Assembly: GCA_031416315.1 (NCBI GenBank)
Contig: JANOTL010000192.1
Span: 1-64,000, forward strand
DNA from: Pseudomonadota bacterium
GTDB taxonomy: Bacteria; Bdellovibrionota_B; Oligoflexia; Oligoflexales; CAIYRB01
Length of the DNA: 64,000 bases
Direction: 5' to 3'
The notes beneath the pieces are model-generated. The model was not told the origin of the DNA and searched no databases. It saw only the letters and a program-made list of their open reading frames with translations. Each line of letters begins with the position of its first letter. Position 1 is the stretch's first letter. Both the position numbers and the translations under genes were made by a program. This document shows, piece after piece, positions 11,037-21,346 of the stretch.

Positions 11037-11762
11037 ATGAAAAGAGCGATCCTCGCGTCTTCCCTCGTCCTCGCGCTCGGCGGCGTCGTCGCCTGCGGCA
11101 CGAAACAAGCCGACGAAAAAGACGCCGTTGCCAAGAAAGACGACAAGCAAGTCGTCGCCGTCGAGACCGACACGCACTCCGACGAGATGGCGCAAGAGTT
11201 CGAAGCGCTGCCGACGACCGTCGTCGTGCGCGTGCCGGTCGACGAGAACGGCAACGAAGATACGACCAAGTCCGAGACGCGGACCTACAAAGGCGACCTC
11301 AACGACACGACCGCCCTCGAAGGTCGCTTCGCGTCCGACGAAGCGAGCGAGTTCGAGATGACCATGGAAGCGTCGAAAGAGCTGAACGGCTCCGCTCTCC
11401 AAGGCTATGACAATAACGGTTACGGCGGCGGCTACTATCAGAGCTACCGTCCCCGCCTCGTCTCGCGCATCCTGCGCGGCGCCGCCTGGGTTCTCTCCCG
11501 CCCCGTCGTCTGGGGCGTCCGAGGCTTCCGCTACTACCGCTACGACCGTCCGGACTGCGGCTGCTATCAGTACAACTACGACAACGGCGGCTACCAGCAA
11601 AGCACCTACGTCGACGTCAAAAATGGCGACAAAGGCTACGAGACTCCCGCGCAACAGCCGTACGAGCCCTCGAAGCCGATCGAAGCGCCGAAGCCGATCG
11701 AGCAGCCGAAGTACGAGACGCCGGCGCAAGGTCCCTACCAGACTCCCTATCAGAAGAAGTAA
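11037..11762 (+). CDS. Lipoprotein with Tyr/Gly-rich segment and Pro-rich repeated tail
   Basis: Signal peptide ending VVAC; YETPAQ and PKPIE repeats. Confidence 0.8.
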   Translation: MKRAILASSLVLALGGVVACGTKQADEKDAVAKKDDKQVVAVETDTHSDEMAQEFEALPTTVVVRVPVDENGNEDTTKSETRTYKGDLNDTTALEGRFASDEASEFEMTMEASKELNGSALQGYDNNGYGGGYYQSYRPRLVSRILRGAAWVLSRPVVWGVRGFRYYRYDRPDCGCYQYNYDNGGYQQSTYVDVKNGDKGYETPAQQPYEPSKPIEAPKPIEQPKYETPAQGPYQTPYQKK

Positions 11763-11956
11763 GGCTCGGCCTTACTCAGACGGCGGCGCACTGAGCCCGG
11801 GCTTCGTGCGCCGCATCTCCTTTTCCCAAAATGCATCCTAAAGTGAATCGAATTGGAGACAGTTTTCCGCCCACGAACGTGTTTCCACGGAGAAAACCAT
11901 GGCACAAGGCTTGCTATGGTAAGGATAGACCTGATGAATTCGGAGGAGCTCGCGTC

Positions 11957-12259
11957 ATGATTTCTCACACTGCCCGCATCTTGCGTCGTCTGCGCCGCAC
12001 GCCTGCAGCCTCCGAATTGACCGCGAGCCTCGGCCGCCTCGAGGAATACGACGCGCGCCGCCAGCAGCTCATGTCTCTGTACGGCGATCTTCACGGCGCG
12101 AGCGACCGGTCCGAGAACGAGCTTCGCGGCGCCATCGATTACGGCTTGCGGATCATGGACATGGACATAAGGCGCCACCAAACGACGCTGGTCGAGGCCG
12201 AGCGCCTCTGCAAGATCGGGCGCGGTGACTCAGCAGCACGGCTCCTCGGCGCGCTCTGA
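11957..12259 (+). CDS. Hypothetical protein
   Basis: GGAGGAG before ATG 11957; ends 5 nt before the glucan synthase gene. Confidence 0.55.
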   Translation: MISHTARILRRLRRTPAASELTASLGRLEEYDARRQQLMSLYGDLHGASDRSENELRGAIDYGLRIMDMDIRRHQTTLVEAERLCKIGRGDSAARLLGAL

Positions 12260-12264
12260 GCCAC

Positions 12265-15200
12265 ATGTCCAACGCCTTCGACCGGAGCCTGATGACCCAC
12301 GATCAGCTCACGGCCTACGCGCGCGAAATTGCGATGACCGACGTCATCGAGCGCCGCGCCGGGCCGGAGGTGATGGTCGATCGGCTCGAGCGCAACGAAA
12401 AGATCCTGATCAGCTCGTTCCGTCTCGTCGAATCGGCGGCAAAAGCCCGAAAGCGGGTCGTGCCGGCGGCGATCTGGCTGCTCGACAACTTCTACCTCAT
12501 CGAAGAGAACATCCGGACCGCGCGGCGGCATCTTCCCAAGAGCTACAGCAGGGAGCTGCCGCGGCTCGAGAGCGGCCGTTGGGCCGGCTTTCCCCGGGTC
12601 TACGGGATGGCGCTCGAGCTGGTCTCGCACGTCGACGGCCGCGTCGACGAGCAAGCGCTCGCCGCCTTCATCGCCGGCTATCAGGAGAACGCCTCGCTCA
12701 AGATCGGGGAGCTGTGGGCCATCCCGATCATGCTGCGTTTCGCGCTGATCGAGAATTTGCGCAACATCGCGTCGCACGTCGCCGCGGCGTGCATCGACCG
12801 AAACACGGCGGCCTATTGGGCGGACCGGATCGCACAAGCCTCCGGCGAGGCCTCGCGCGAGCTCCTGCCGGTGATGGCGGAGCTGGCGCGCTCGAATCCT
12901 CGCATGTCGATCGTCTTCGTCACGGAGCTGGCGCGTTGTCTCCAGGCGCAATTTCCCGTGCAAACTCTGCCGATCACGTGGCTGGAGCAGCAGCTCTCGG
13001 AGCAAGGTCACACGCTCGAGCTGCAATTTCAGGCGGAAAGTCACCTCGAGGCCGCGGACCAGCTCAGCATCAGCAACCACATCGCGAGCCTCCGCTTCCT
13101 AGACGCCAACGACTGGCGGAACTTCGTCGAGGGTTCGAGCGTCGTCGAGGCGGTGCTCCGCGAGGATCCGGCGGGCGCTTACAGCTCGATGGATTTCGCG
13201 ACGCGCGACAGCTATCGGCACGTCGTCGAGCGGCTGGCGAAAAAGACGGAGAAGAGCGAGCTCAACGTCGCGAAAGCGGCCCTGGCGCGTGCCAGCTCGG
13301 TCGCGGCCGCCGCCGGCGATGGCGCCGGCGCGCACGTCGGCCAATACCTCGTCGCCAGCGGCGTCCAAGACCTCGAGGACGATCTGTTCGAGAAGAAGCC
13401 GCCGCTGAGCGTGCGGCTTTCACGGCGCGTGAAGGACAACCGGGTCGCGTTCTACGTCGGCTCGAGCCTCGTCCTCGCGGCGCTGATTACGGCCGTGATC
13501 ACCTGGAGCAGCTCCGCGGCCTTGGCCGTGCCGGCATTCCTGGTCGCGAGCCAGATCGGCGTCTCGATCGTCAACTGGATCGTGACGATGTTCGCGCGGC
13601 CGCAGCGCTTGCCGCGGCTCGAACTCAAGAATGGGCTGCCGGCGGAGTCGCGGACGATGGTCGTCGTGCCGACGATGATCGGCTCGGCCGCCGGGATCGA
13701 GCATCTGCTGAGCTCGCTCGAGGTGCGCTACGTCGCGAACCGGGATCCCCACCTTTACTTCGCTCTGCTCACGGATTTTCCCGACGCGGCCGAGGAGAGC
13801 CTGCCGCAGGACGCTGCGCTGATCGAGCAGGCCGCGACTGGCGTCCGCGCGCTGAACGAGCGCTACGGCAAGGACGGCAGCACGGTGTTCTTCCTCTTTC
13901 ACCGGCCGCGGCTCTGGAATGCCGAAGAGCGGCTGTGGATGGGCTGGGAGAGGAAGCGCGGGAAGCTGATCGAGCTGACACGGGCGCTGCGTAGCGGCGC
14001 GGCGCATCCATTCGCGCGCTTCCAACGGGTCGAGGGCGACACGAGCGCCTTGATCGACGTGCGCTACGTCATCACCCTGGACACGGATACCCAGCTGCCG
14101 CGCGATGCGGCGCGGATCCTGATCGGGACGATGGCGCATCCCTTGAACAAGCCGCGGCTCGACGCGCGGCAAAAACGCGTCACCGAAGGCTACGCGATCC
14201 TGCAGCCGAGGGTGGCGACGACGCTCGGGAGCCTCGGAAGCTCGATGTTCGCGAAGGTCTTCGCGGGCGACGCGGGCGTCGATCCGTATACGCGCGAAGT
14301 CTCCGACGTCTATCAGGATCTCTTTCAGGAAGGCTCGTTCATCGGCAAGGGCATTTACGAGGTCGACGCATTTCTTGCGACTCTCGACGGGCGTTTCCCC
14401 GAGAACTGGGTGCTCAGCCACGATTTGATCGAGAGCTGCTACGCGCGCTCGGGGCTCGTGAGCGACGTCATCCTGTACGAGGACTTCCCGGCGCGTTACC
14501 GCTCGGATGCCTCGCGGCGGCATCGTTGGATCCGCGGCGACTGGCAGATCGCGCCGTGGCTCCTGCCCTGGGTCAAGGGCGAGAACGGGAAAAAGCAGGC
14601 CAACGAGCTATCGGGCTTATCGCGGTGGAAGATCGCGGACAACCTTCGGCGCAGCCTCGTCGCGCCTGCCGCGATTATCTTCGCCTTGCTGGGTTGGCTC
14701 ATCGTGCCGGCTCCGGTCGTCGTCGCCTTGACGCTTTTGGCGTTGGTCGCTTTGCCAGCGCTGTTTTCGACGGTTCAGCAGGCGCTGCAGAAACCGGACG
14801 ACTGCGACTGGCCGCTGCACGCGCGGCTCGTCAGCGCCGCCGCCGTGAGGCAACTGACTCAGTCTTTTTTGTCTTTGGTTCTCTTGCCTTACGACGCAGC
14901 GATCGGCCTCGATGCCGTGTTGCGGGCGACGACCCGGATGGTCTTCACGCGGCGCAAGCTCTTGGAATGGAACACCGCGCACGACGTCGAGCGCCAAGTC
15001 AAAAGCGATCTAGCGACGCATATGCGGGCCATGGGCGGCGTCACGATCGCTGCCTTGATCGCAGCACCGTTCGTGGGGCCGGCGGCGGCGCCCTTCATCG
15101 CGCTCTGGGCGCTGTCGCCCTTGATCGCTTGGTGGGTGAGCCGGCCGATCGCGGCGCGCGAGCCGAACTTGACGGACCACGACCGGCGCTTCCTGATGAA

Positions 15201-18200
15201 GCTCGCGCGCAAGACGTGGCGTTACTTCGAGACTTTCGTCACGGACCACGATTCGCGTCTGGTTCCGGACAACTATCAGGAGTATCCGGCGGAGCAGATC
15301 GCGCATCGGACGTCACCGACCAACGTCGGCTTGGCGCTGCTGTCGGATCTCGGCGCGCACGATTTCGGCTTCCAGACGACGGAAGACATGATGGCGCGGA
15401 TCGAAGCGACGCTCGTCTCGATGGAGAAGCTCGAGCGCCATCGCGGCCACTTCTACAACTGGTACGACACGAAGACGTTGAAGCCTCTGTGGCCGCTTTA
15501 CGTCTCGACGGTGGACAGCGGCAACTTTTGCGGCTGCATGCTCGTCCTCGCGTTGGGCCTGGAAAAACTCGCCGAGGATCCGTTCCCGTCCGACGCCCAG
15601 GCGAAGCTCTCGCGCGGGATCCAGGCAACGGAAGACGTGCGCGAGGAGGTGTCCCAGGACGTGGAAGAGCACGCCTGGTGGACGAACGCGGTGGAGATGC
15701 TTCGGGAAGCAGCCAAACGAGAGCGCGAAAACGGGGAGAACGCCGACGACGTGGCACGGCGCGCGGAGCGGCTACGGGGCCTCGCGGCGCGCGCCCGATC
15801 CCTGGCTGCCTGCGATTTCGGCTTCCTCTACGACGAGGGACGCCGGCTCTTCGCGATCGGCTACAACGTCGAGAATCATCGGCGGGATCCGAGCTATTAC
15901 GATTTGCTCGCCTCGGAGGCGCGGCTCGCGAGTTTCCTTGCCGTGGCGCACGGGCAGGTTCCCGAGGAGCACTGGTTTGCGCTGGGCCGCTTGCTGACGC
16001 GGCTCGGCGGCGAGCCGCTCTTGCTCTCGTGGAGCGGCTCGATGTTCGAGTATTTGATGCCGATGCTCGTCCTGCCGGATCACGAGGACACTTTGCTCGG
16101 GCAAACGTGTAGGGCCGCGGTGCGCGAGCAGATCGCCTACGGACGCAAGCGTGGCGTGCCTTGGGGCATCTCGGAATCCGGTTATCACGTCACCGACGCG
16201 CATTTGACCTACCAGTATCGCGCGTTCGGCGTGCCGGGACTCGGCTTCAAGCGCGGCTTAGGCGACGACCTCGTCATCGCGCCTTACGCGTCGATGATGG
16301 CTTTGATGGTGGCGCCCGAGGAAGCGACGGCGAACTTGAAGCGCATGGCCAGCGACGACCTGACAGGCCGCTTCGGCTTCTTCGAGGCGATCGACTACAC
16401 GCCTTCGCGCCTGCCGCCGAACCAGGATCGCGTGGTGATCCGCTCGTTCATGGCGCACCACCAAGGCATGGGCTTCCTCTCGCTCGTGCATCTGTTGTTG
16501 GATCAGCCGATGCAGCGACGTCTGCAGCTCGATCCGACGTTTCAGGCGACGTCCTTGCTGCTCCAGGAGAACGTGCCGCGCACGGCGCCGTTCCCGTATC
16601 ACGGCACGGAGACGGGGGACGTCGGCGACTTGGCGACGGACGACTCGCCGCAGCTGCGTATCGTCAAGGAAGCAAGCCCGCCGCATCCGGAGACGCATTT
16701 GCTTTCAAACGGGCGTTATCACGTGGTCGTCACGAGCGACGGCTGCGGGTACAGCGCGCACGAAGGCATGATGCTCACAAGGTGGCGTGGCGACGCGACC
16801 ACGGCCTCCAACGGCCTCTTCTGCTACATTCGCGACGTCGACGGCGATGCGACCTGGTCGATGGGGCATCGGCCGACGTTCGCGAAGGCGGACCGGTACG
16901 AGGCGATCTTCTCCGAAGGGCGCGCCGAATTCAGGCGGCTTGAGCGGGGGCTTGAGACGCACACACAGATCGCCGTATCACCCGAAGAAGACTTCGAAAT
17001 TCGGCGCATCACCTTGCACAACCGCAGCTCGCAGGCGAAGACGCTTGAGCTGACGAGCTTCGCCGAGATCGCCTTGGCGCCGCAGGGCGCGGACGAGGCG
17101 CATCCGGCTTTCAGCAAGCTCTTCGTGCAAACGGAGATCCTGGCCGGAGACGACGCGATCCTCGCGGCGCGGCGGCCGCGGGTCGAGGGCGAGAAATTCC
17201 CGTGGCTCTGGCACGCCTTGCGGGTGCGCGAAGGCGCGACCGGGACCTCTTCCTTCGAGACCGATCGCGCGGCGTTCCTCGGACGAACGCGAGACGCGCG
17301 GCGACCGATCGCCGGCAAGGGCTTGCTGACGGGGAGCGCGGGCTCGGTCCTCGACCCGGCGCTCGCGATCCGTCGCGGCGTGCGGATCCCGCCCCAGGGG
17401 ACGGTGATCGTCGATTTGATGATGGGCGTCGGCAGCGACCGCAACAGCTGCACCGAGATCGTGCGGCGTTATGGCGACAAATCGCACGCGGATCGCGTCT
17501 TCGACCTGGCGTGGACGCAGGGCCAGATCGTGCTGCAGCAGCTCAACATTCGCGCGGCGGCGGCGCAAGGCTTCAACCGGCTGGCCGGATTCATGCTGTT
17601 TCCGCACCCGGCGATGCGACCTCCGGCGGCGACCCTAACGAAGAACCGGCGGCCGCAGTCGGCGCTCTGGGCTTACGGGATCTCCGGCGACCTGCCGATC
17701 CTGCTCGTGCGCGTGTCCGACGTCGCGAAGATCGATTTCCTACGCCAAGCGTTGACGGCGCACCTCTATTGGCGGCGGCGGGGATTCATCGCGGATCTCG
17801 TGATCTGGAACGAGGACGATTCTTCGTATCGCCAGCAGCTGCACGATCAGATTCTGAACGCGGTCGGCGTCCTCGGCGAGACGCCGCGGCTCGATCTTCC
17901 GGGTGGGATTTTCGTGCGGCGCACGCACCAGCTCACCGACGAGGACCGCACGCTCTTTCTTGCCGTGGCGCGCGTCGTCCTGAGCGATCGCGCCGGCAGC
18001 TTCGAGGATCAGATCGGTCGAGTGCTGCGCCTTGAGCAGAAGATGCCGAAGCTCGCGCCGTCGACGACGGAGACGGCGGAGCCGGCCGATCCGAAGGCGC
18101 TGAAGCCCGAGCCGGATCGCGTGTATTTCAACGGCCACGGCGGCTTTCGCTCGGACGGCAAAGAGTACGTGATCGACGTCAGCGGCGAGAATCCGACGCC

Positions 18201-20514
18201 GATGCCCTGGTCGAACGTCATCGCGAACGCGGTTTGCGGCACGGTCGTGACGGAGGCGGGCGGCGGCTACACTTGGTGCGAGAATGCGCACGAGCTCCGA
18301 CTGACGCCATGGTCGAACGACCCGATATCGGACCCGGTCGGCGAGGCGATCTATCTCCGCGACGAGAGCACCGGAAAGATCTGGAGTCCGACCCTGTTGC
18401 CCGCGGGCACCGGCAAGCCTTACACGGTTCGTCACGGCTTCGGTTACTCGAGCTTTCACCACGAGCGCTATGGGATCGCGACGGACCTCACGATCCTCGT
18501 CGCCGCCGAGGCGCCGGTGAAATACTCGCTCCTGCGGGTGAAGAACCGCTCCGCAAAGGCGCGGCGGATCACGGTGACCGCGGCGGTCGCCTGGGTGATG
18601 GGTGAGCACCGCGTGCGGACGGCGCCGAGCGTGGTGTCGGAGTTCGACGGCACGCTGGGCGCCCTCTTCGCGCAGAACTCCTTCTCGAACGATTTCCGTG
18701 ACCGCGTCGCCTTCTTCCACATGACGCCGACGGCGAAAAGCTGCACGGCGGATCGCGCTGAGTTCCTGGGGCGCGACGGCTCCTGGGCGCAGCCTGAAGC
18801 GCTGGAGCGCGAGCGGCTCTCGGGGCGCGTCGCCGCCGGGATCGACCCGTGCGCCGCGCTTCAGGTCGAGATCACACTGAAGCCGGGCGAGGAGCGCGAA
18901 GTCGTAGTGGCGCTCGGCTGCGGGAAGGATCGGGCCGAGGCTCGCGATCTGATCCGCATCTTCGGCGTACCGGGCGCAGCGCAGCGCGAGTTGAAGGCCG
19001 TACGCAAGAAGTGGGAGGAGCTCTGCGGCGCGGTCCAGGTGGAGACGTCGGATCCGTCATTCGACTTCCTGTGCAACGGATGGCTCGTCTACCAGACGAT
19101 CTCGAGTCGACTCTGGGCGCGCAGCGGGTTCTATCAGTCTGGCGGCGCGTTCGGGTTCCGAGATCAGCTCCAGGACTCGATGGCGCTCCTGCACGCGGCG
19201 CCGGATCTGACACGGGCGCAGATCCTCCGCAATGCCGCGCGCCAATTTCGCGAAGGCGACGTGCAGCACTGGTGGCATCCGCCGGGCGGCCGTGGCGTGC
19301 GGACGAAATTCTCTGATGATTACCTTTGGTTACCCTTGGTGACGGCGCTCTACGTGAAAACGACCGGTGATGCCGCGATCCTCGACGAGATGGTGCCGTT
19401 CCTGGAAGGGCGCGAGCTTCGCCACGACGAGGAGGCGTACTACGATCAGCCGGGGACCTCGGGCGACGTCGGGACGCTTTACGAGCACTGCGTGCGCTCG
19501 ATTCGCTACGGGTTGAAGTTCGGCACGCACGGTCTGCCGTTGATGGGCTGCGGCGACTGGAACGACGGGATGAACCTCGTCGGCATCGAAGGCAAAGGCG
19601 AAAGCGTCTGGCTCGCGTTCTTCCTGATCGACGTCTTGCGGAAGTTCGTGCCGCTCGCGGAGGCGCGGGGAGATGACGCCTTCGCACGGGTCTGCGAGTT
19701 CGAGGGCAAGCGGCTCGGCGAGAACGTCGAGGTGAACGCTTGGGACGGCGCTTGGTATTTGCGCGCGTTCTACGACAACGGCGCGCCGATGGGCTCGGCG
19801 CGAAGCGCGGAGTGTCAGATCGATATCCTGCCGCAGGCCTGGTCGGTGCTTTCCGGCACGAATAATCTCGGGCGTGCGACGCAGGCGATGAATGCGGCGT
19901 TCGACCGCCTGGTGCGGCCAAAAGAGGCGATCGTCCAGCTCTTCGACCCGCCCTTCGATCAAACGCCCGACAATCCCGGGTACATCAAAGGTTACGTCCC
20001 GGGTGTGCGGGAAAACGGCGGTCAGTACACTCACGCGGCCGTGTGGGCGACCTGGGCGTATGCAACGCTGGGCGACGCAAAGAAGGCATGGGGGCTGCTC
20101 GACATCGTGAATCCCCTTCATCACGGCACCACGGCGGAGCAATGCAAGGTCTACAAGGTCGAGCCGTACGTGGTCGCTGCGGACGTCTATGCGCGGCCAC
20201 CGCACGCGGGGCGGGGCGGATGGACCTGGTACACCGGCTCGTCGTCATGGATGTATCGACTGCTCGTCGAAGGTCTTCTCGGGATTCAGCGAGAGGCGGA
20301 GCAGATGCGCGTCGCGCCTTGCTTGAATCCGCGCTGGGAGAGCTGCAAGGTCAACTACAAGTACAAGACCAGTAACTATGCGCTCACACTGAAGCGCGGC
20401 GACAGCGGCGTCGGCGTGAAGCGCTTGATCGTCGACGGGGAAGATGTGGCGGGGGCCGTGTTTCCGCTGCTGGATGACGGACGGAGGCATGAGGTTACGG
20501 TCGAGACGCACTAG
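12265..20514 (+). CDS. ndvB: Cyclic beta-1,2-glucan synthase (GT84 plus C-terminal GH94-like phosphorylase)
   Basis: WLLDNFYLIE, GWERKRGKL, SHDLIE, RWIRGDWQ, YDLLASEARL, SWSGSMFEYLMP, QSGGAFGFRDQLQD, GDWNDG, ENGGQYTH, WTWYTGS. Confidence 0.95.
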   Translation: MSNAFDRSLMTHDQLTAYAREIAMTDVIERRAGPEVMVDRLERNEKILISSFRLVESAAKARKRVVPAAIWLLDNFYLIEENIRTARRHLPKSYSRELPRLESGRWAGFPRVYGMALELVSHVDGRVDEQALAAFIAGYQENASLKIGELWAIPIMLRFALIENLRNIASHVAAACIDRNTAAYWADRIAQASGEASRELLPVMAELARSNPRMSIVFVTELARCLQAQFPVQTLPITWLEQQLSEQGHTLELQFQAESHLEAADQLSISNHIASLRFLDANDWRNFVEGSSVVEAVLREDPAGAYSSMDFATRDSYRHVVERLAKKTEKSELNVAKAALARASSVAAAAGDGAGAHVGQYLVASGVQDLEDDLFEKKPPLSVRLSRRVKDNRVAFYVGSSLVLAALITAVITWSSSAALAVPAFLVASQIGVSIVNWIVTMFARPQRLPRLELKNGLPAESRTMVVVPTMIGSAAGIEHLLSSLEVRYVANRDPHLYFALLTDFPDAAEESLPQDAALIEQAATGVRALNERYGKDGSTVFFLFHRPRLWNAEERLWMGWERKRGKLIELTRALRSGAAHPFARFQRVEGDTSALIDVRYVITLDTDTQLPRDAARILIGTMAHPLNKPRLDARQKRVTEGYAILQPRVATTLGSLGSSMFAKVFAGDAGVDPYTREVSDVYQDLFQEGSFIGKGIYEVDAFLATLDGRFPENWVLSHDLIESCYARSGLVSDVILYEDFPARYRSDASRRHRWIRGDWQIAPWLLPWVKGENGKKQANELSGLSRWKIADNLRRSLVAPAAIIFALLGWLIVPAPVVVALTLLALVALPALFSTVQQALQKPDDCDWPLHARLVSAAAVRQLTQSFLSLVLLPYDAAIGLDAVLRATTRMVFTRRKLLEWNTAHDVERQVKSDLATHMRAMGGVTIAALIAAPFVGPAAAPFIALWALSPLIAWWVSRPIAAREPNLTDHDRRFLMKLARKTWRYFETFVTDHDSRLVPDNYQEYPAEQIAHRTSPTNVGLALLSDLGAHDFGFQTTEDMMARIEATLVSMEKLERHRGHFYNWYDTKTLKPLWPLYVSTVDSGNFCGCMLVLALGLEKLAEDPFPSDAQAKLSRGIQATEDVREEVSQDVEEHAWWTNAVEMLREAAKRERENGENADDVARRAERLRGLAARARSLAACDFGFLYDEGRRLFAIGYNVENHRRDPSYYDLLASEARLASFLAVAHGQVPEEHWFALGRLLTRLGGEPLLLSWSGSMFEYLMPMLVLPDHEDTLLGQTCRAAVREQIAYGRKRGVPWGISESGYHVTDAHLTYQYRAFGVPGLGFKRGLGDDLVIAPYASMMALMVAPEEATANLKRMASDDLTGRFGFFEAIDYTPSRLPPNQDRVVIRSFMAHHQGMGFLSLVHLLLDQPMQRRLQLDPTFQATSLLLQENVPRTAPFPYHGTETGDVGDLATDDSPQLRIVKEASPPHPETHLLSNGRYHVVVTSDGCGYSAHEGMMLTRWRGDATTASNGLFCYIRDVDGDATWSMGHRPTFAKADRYEAIFSEGRAEFRRLERGLETHTQIAVSPEEDFEIRRITLHNRSSQAKTLELTSFAEIALAPQGADEAHPAFSKLFVQTEILAGDDAILAARRPRVEGEKFPWLWHALRVREGATGTSSFETDRAAFLGRTRDARRPIAGKGLLTGSAGSVLDPALAIRRGVRIPPQGTVIVDLMMGVGSDRNSCTEIVRRYGDKSHADRVFDLAWTQGQIVLQQLNIRAAAAQGFNRLAGFMLFPHPAMRPPAATLTKNRRPQSALWAYGISGDLPILLVRVSDVAKIDFLRQALTAHLYWRRRGFIADLVIWNEDDSSYRQQLHDQILNAVGVLGETPRLDLPGGIFVRRTHQLTDEDRTLFLAVARVVLSDRAGSFEDQIGRVLRLEQKMPKLAPSTTETAEPADPKALKPEPDRVYFNGHGGFRSDGKEYVIDVSGENPTPMPWSNVIANAVCGTVVTEAGGGYTWCENAHELRLTPWSNDPISDPVGEAIYLRDESTGKIWSPTLLPAGTGKPYTVRHGFGYSSFHHERYGIATDLTILVAAEAPVKYSLLRVKNRSAKARRITVTAAVAWVMGEHRVRTAPSVVSEFDGTLGALFAQNSFSNDFRDRVAFFHMTPTAKSCTADRAEFLGRDGSWAQPEALERERLSGRVAAGIDPCAALQVEITLKPGEEREVVVALGCGKDRAEARDLIRIFGVPGAAQRELKAVRKKWEELCGAVQVETSDPSFDFLCNGWLVYQTISSRLWARSGFYQSGGAFGFRDQLQDSMALLHAAPDLTRAQILRNAARQFREGDVQHWWHPPGGRGVRTKFSDDYLWLPLVTALYVKTTGDAAILDEMVPFLEGRELRHDEEAYYDQPGTSGDVGTLYEHCVRSIRYGLKFGTHGLPLMGCGDWNDGMNLVGIEGKGESVWLAFFLIDVLRKFVPLAEARGDDAFARVCEFEGKRLGENVEVNAWDGAWYLRAFYDNGAPMGSARSAECQIDILPQAWSVLSGTNNLGRATQAMNAAFDRLVRPKEAIVQLFDPPFDQTPDNPGYIKGYVPGVRENGGQYTHAAVWATWAYATLGDAKKAWGLLDIVNPLHHGTTAEQCKVYKVEPYVVAADVYARPPHAGRGGWTWYTGSSSWMYRLLVEGLLGIQREAEQMRVAPCLNPRWESCKVNYKYKTSNYALTLKRGDSGVGVKRLIVDGEDVAGAVFPLLDDGRRHEVTVETH

Positions 20515-21299
20515 GGAGCGGCGTTTGGCAGCCGCCACCGAATGAAGAGCGGGTCCCGCTCCGCTTGCGGAACGGGATATGCGCCTTCATACCGCGTGTC
20601 CCGTATTGCCCGTTGCAAAGGCACGGCTTCGAGCTCCCAGAAGCGCTGGAGCGTCTCCAGGGACTCCTGGATCTCTCCCGCGCGCGCCCGAGCGCCTGCG
20701 CTCTCCAGGAGGCGTAGGCTCAGCGACTCGAGCGCCACGCGCGACTTGCCCGCGAAGAAGAGGATCCAATCCTCCCTCCACCCTTGAGGGATCTGACGGA
20801 AGCCGTGGGCCCCGGCGCGGCTCTTCTCTTTGTGGCCGACGAAGTTCAGAAGCTTGAGGAGCGCATAGAAGGCTTCGCCGGTAACCTCGCGCGAGCGGAA
20901 CGCCCCGAAGGCCTCGTAGCCCTCCAGCTTCTCTGGCCGCGCGCTCATGCGGAAGTAGAGGCGGCCTTGGATGAGACGCATCCCAATGTAGGGATAGTAG
21001 TCATTGAAGCGCCCGCTGACGTTCAGGCTCGGCTTCAAGCTCTGGATCAGGCGCATCTCGAGGACGCAGGCCTCCAGGTCCGAAAGCGTCGTCTCCCAGC
21101 TGACGGACCGGGCCAGGCGCATGATCTTCAGAATCTTGCGGTGCTTCTTGCGCCGAGATTTCTCCGGGACCCCCCGATAGACCGCCAGGCGGCGCTTGAG
21201 GCGCTTGGCCTTGCCGACGTACAAGAGGACCCCAGCCTCGTCGAAGAAGCGGTAAACGCCAGGTAAGTCCGGAGCTTCGGCTAGCCGAGTCTTCATCAT
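20511..21299 (-). CDS. GIY-YIG nuclease, UvrC N-terminal-like
   Basis: PGVYRF..LLYVGKAKRLKRRL..EACVLEMRLIQSLKPSLN. Too short for full UvrC. Confidence 0.85.
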   Translation of the reverse strand: MMKTRLAEAPDLPGVYRFFDEAGVLLYVGKAKRLKRRLAVYRGVPEKSRRKKHRKILKIMRLARSVSWETTLSDLEACVLEMRLIQSLKPSLNVSGRFNDYYPYIGMRLIQGRLYFRMSARPEKLEGYEAFGAFRSREVTGEAFYALLKLLNFVGHKEKSRAGAHGFRQIPQGWREDWILFFAGKSRVALESLSLRLLESAGARARAGEIQESLETLQRFWELEAVPLQRAIRDTRYEGAYPVPQAERDPLFIRWRLPNAAP

Positions 21300-21346
21300 A
21301 CAAAGCTAGCACGGCGGCGGCGCGTGGCGTAAGCTGTGTCCCTCCT

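Noticed and set aside
12139..20538. Many long antisense and alternate-frame ORFs, here and across the window
   Set aside because: Arg/Ala/Pro-rich shadow ORFs expected in high-GC coding DNA.
20511..21299. uvrC or a homing endonuclease
   Set aside because: Lacks the UvrC RNase H-like and HhH domains, and is not inside an intron or intein.
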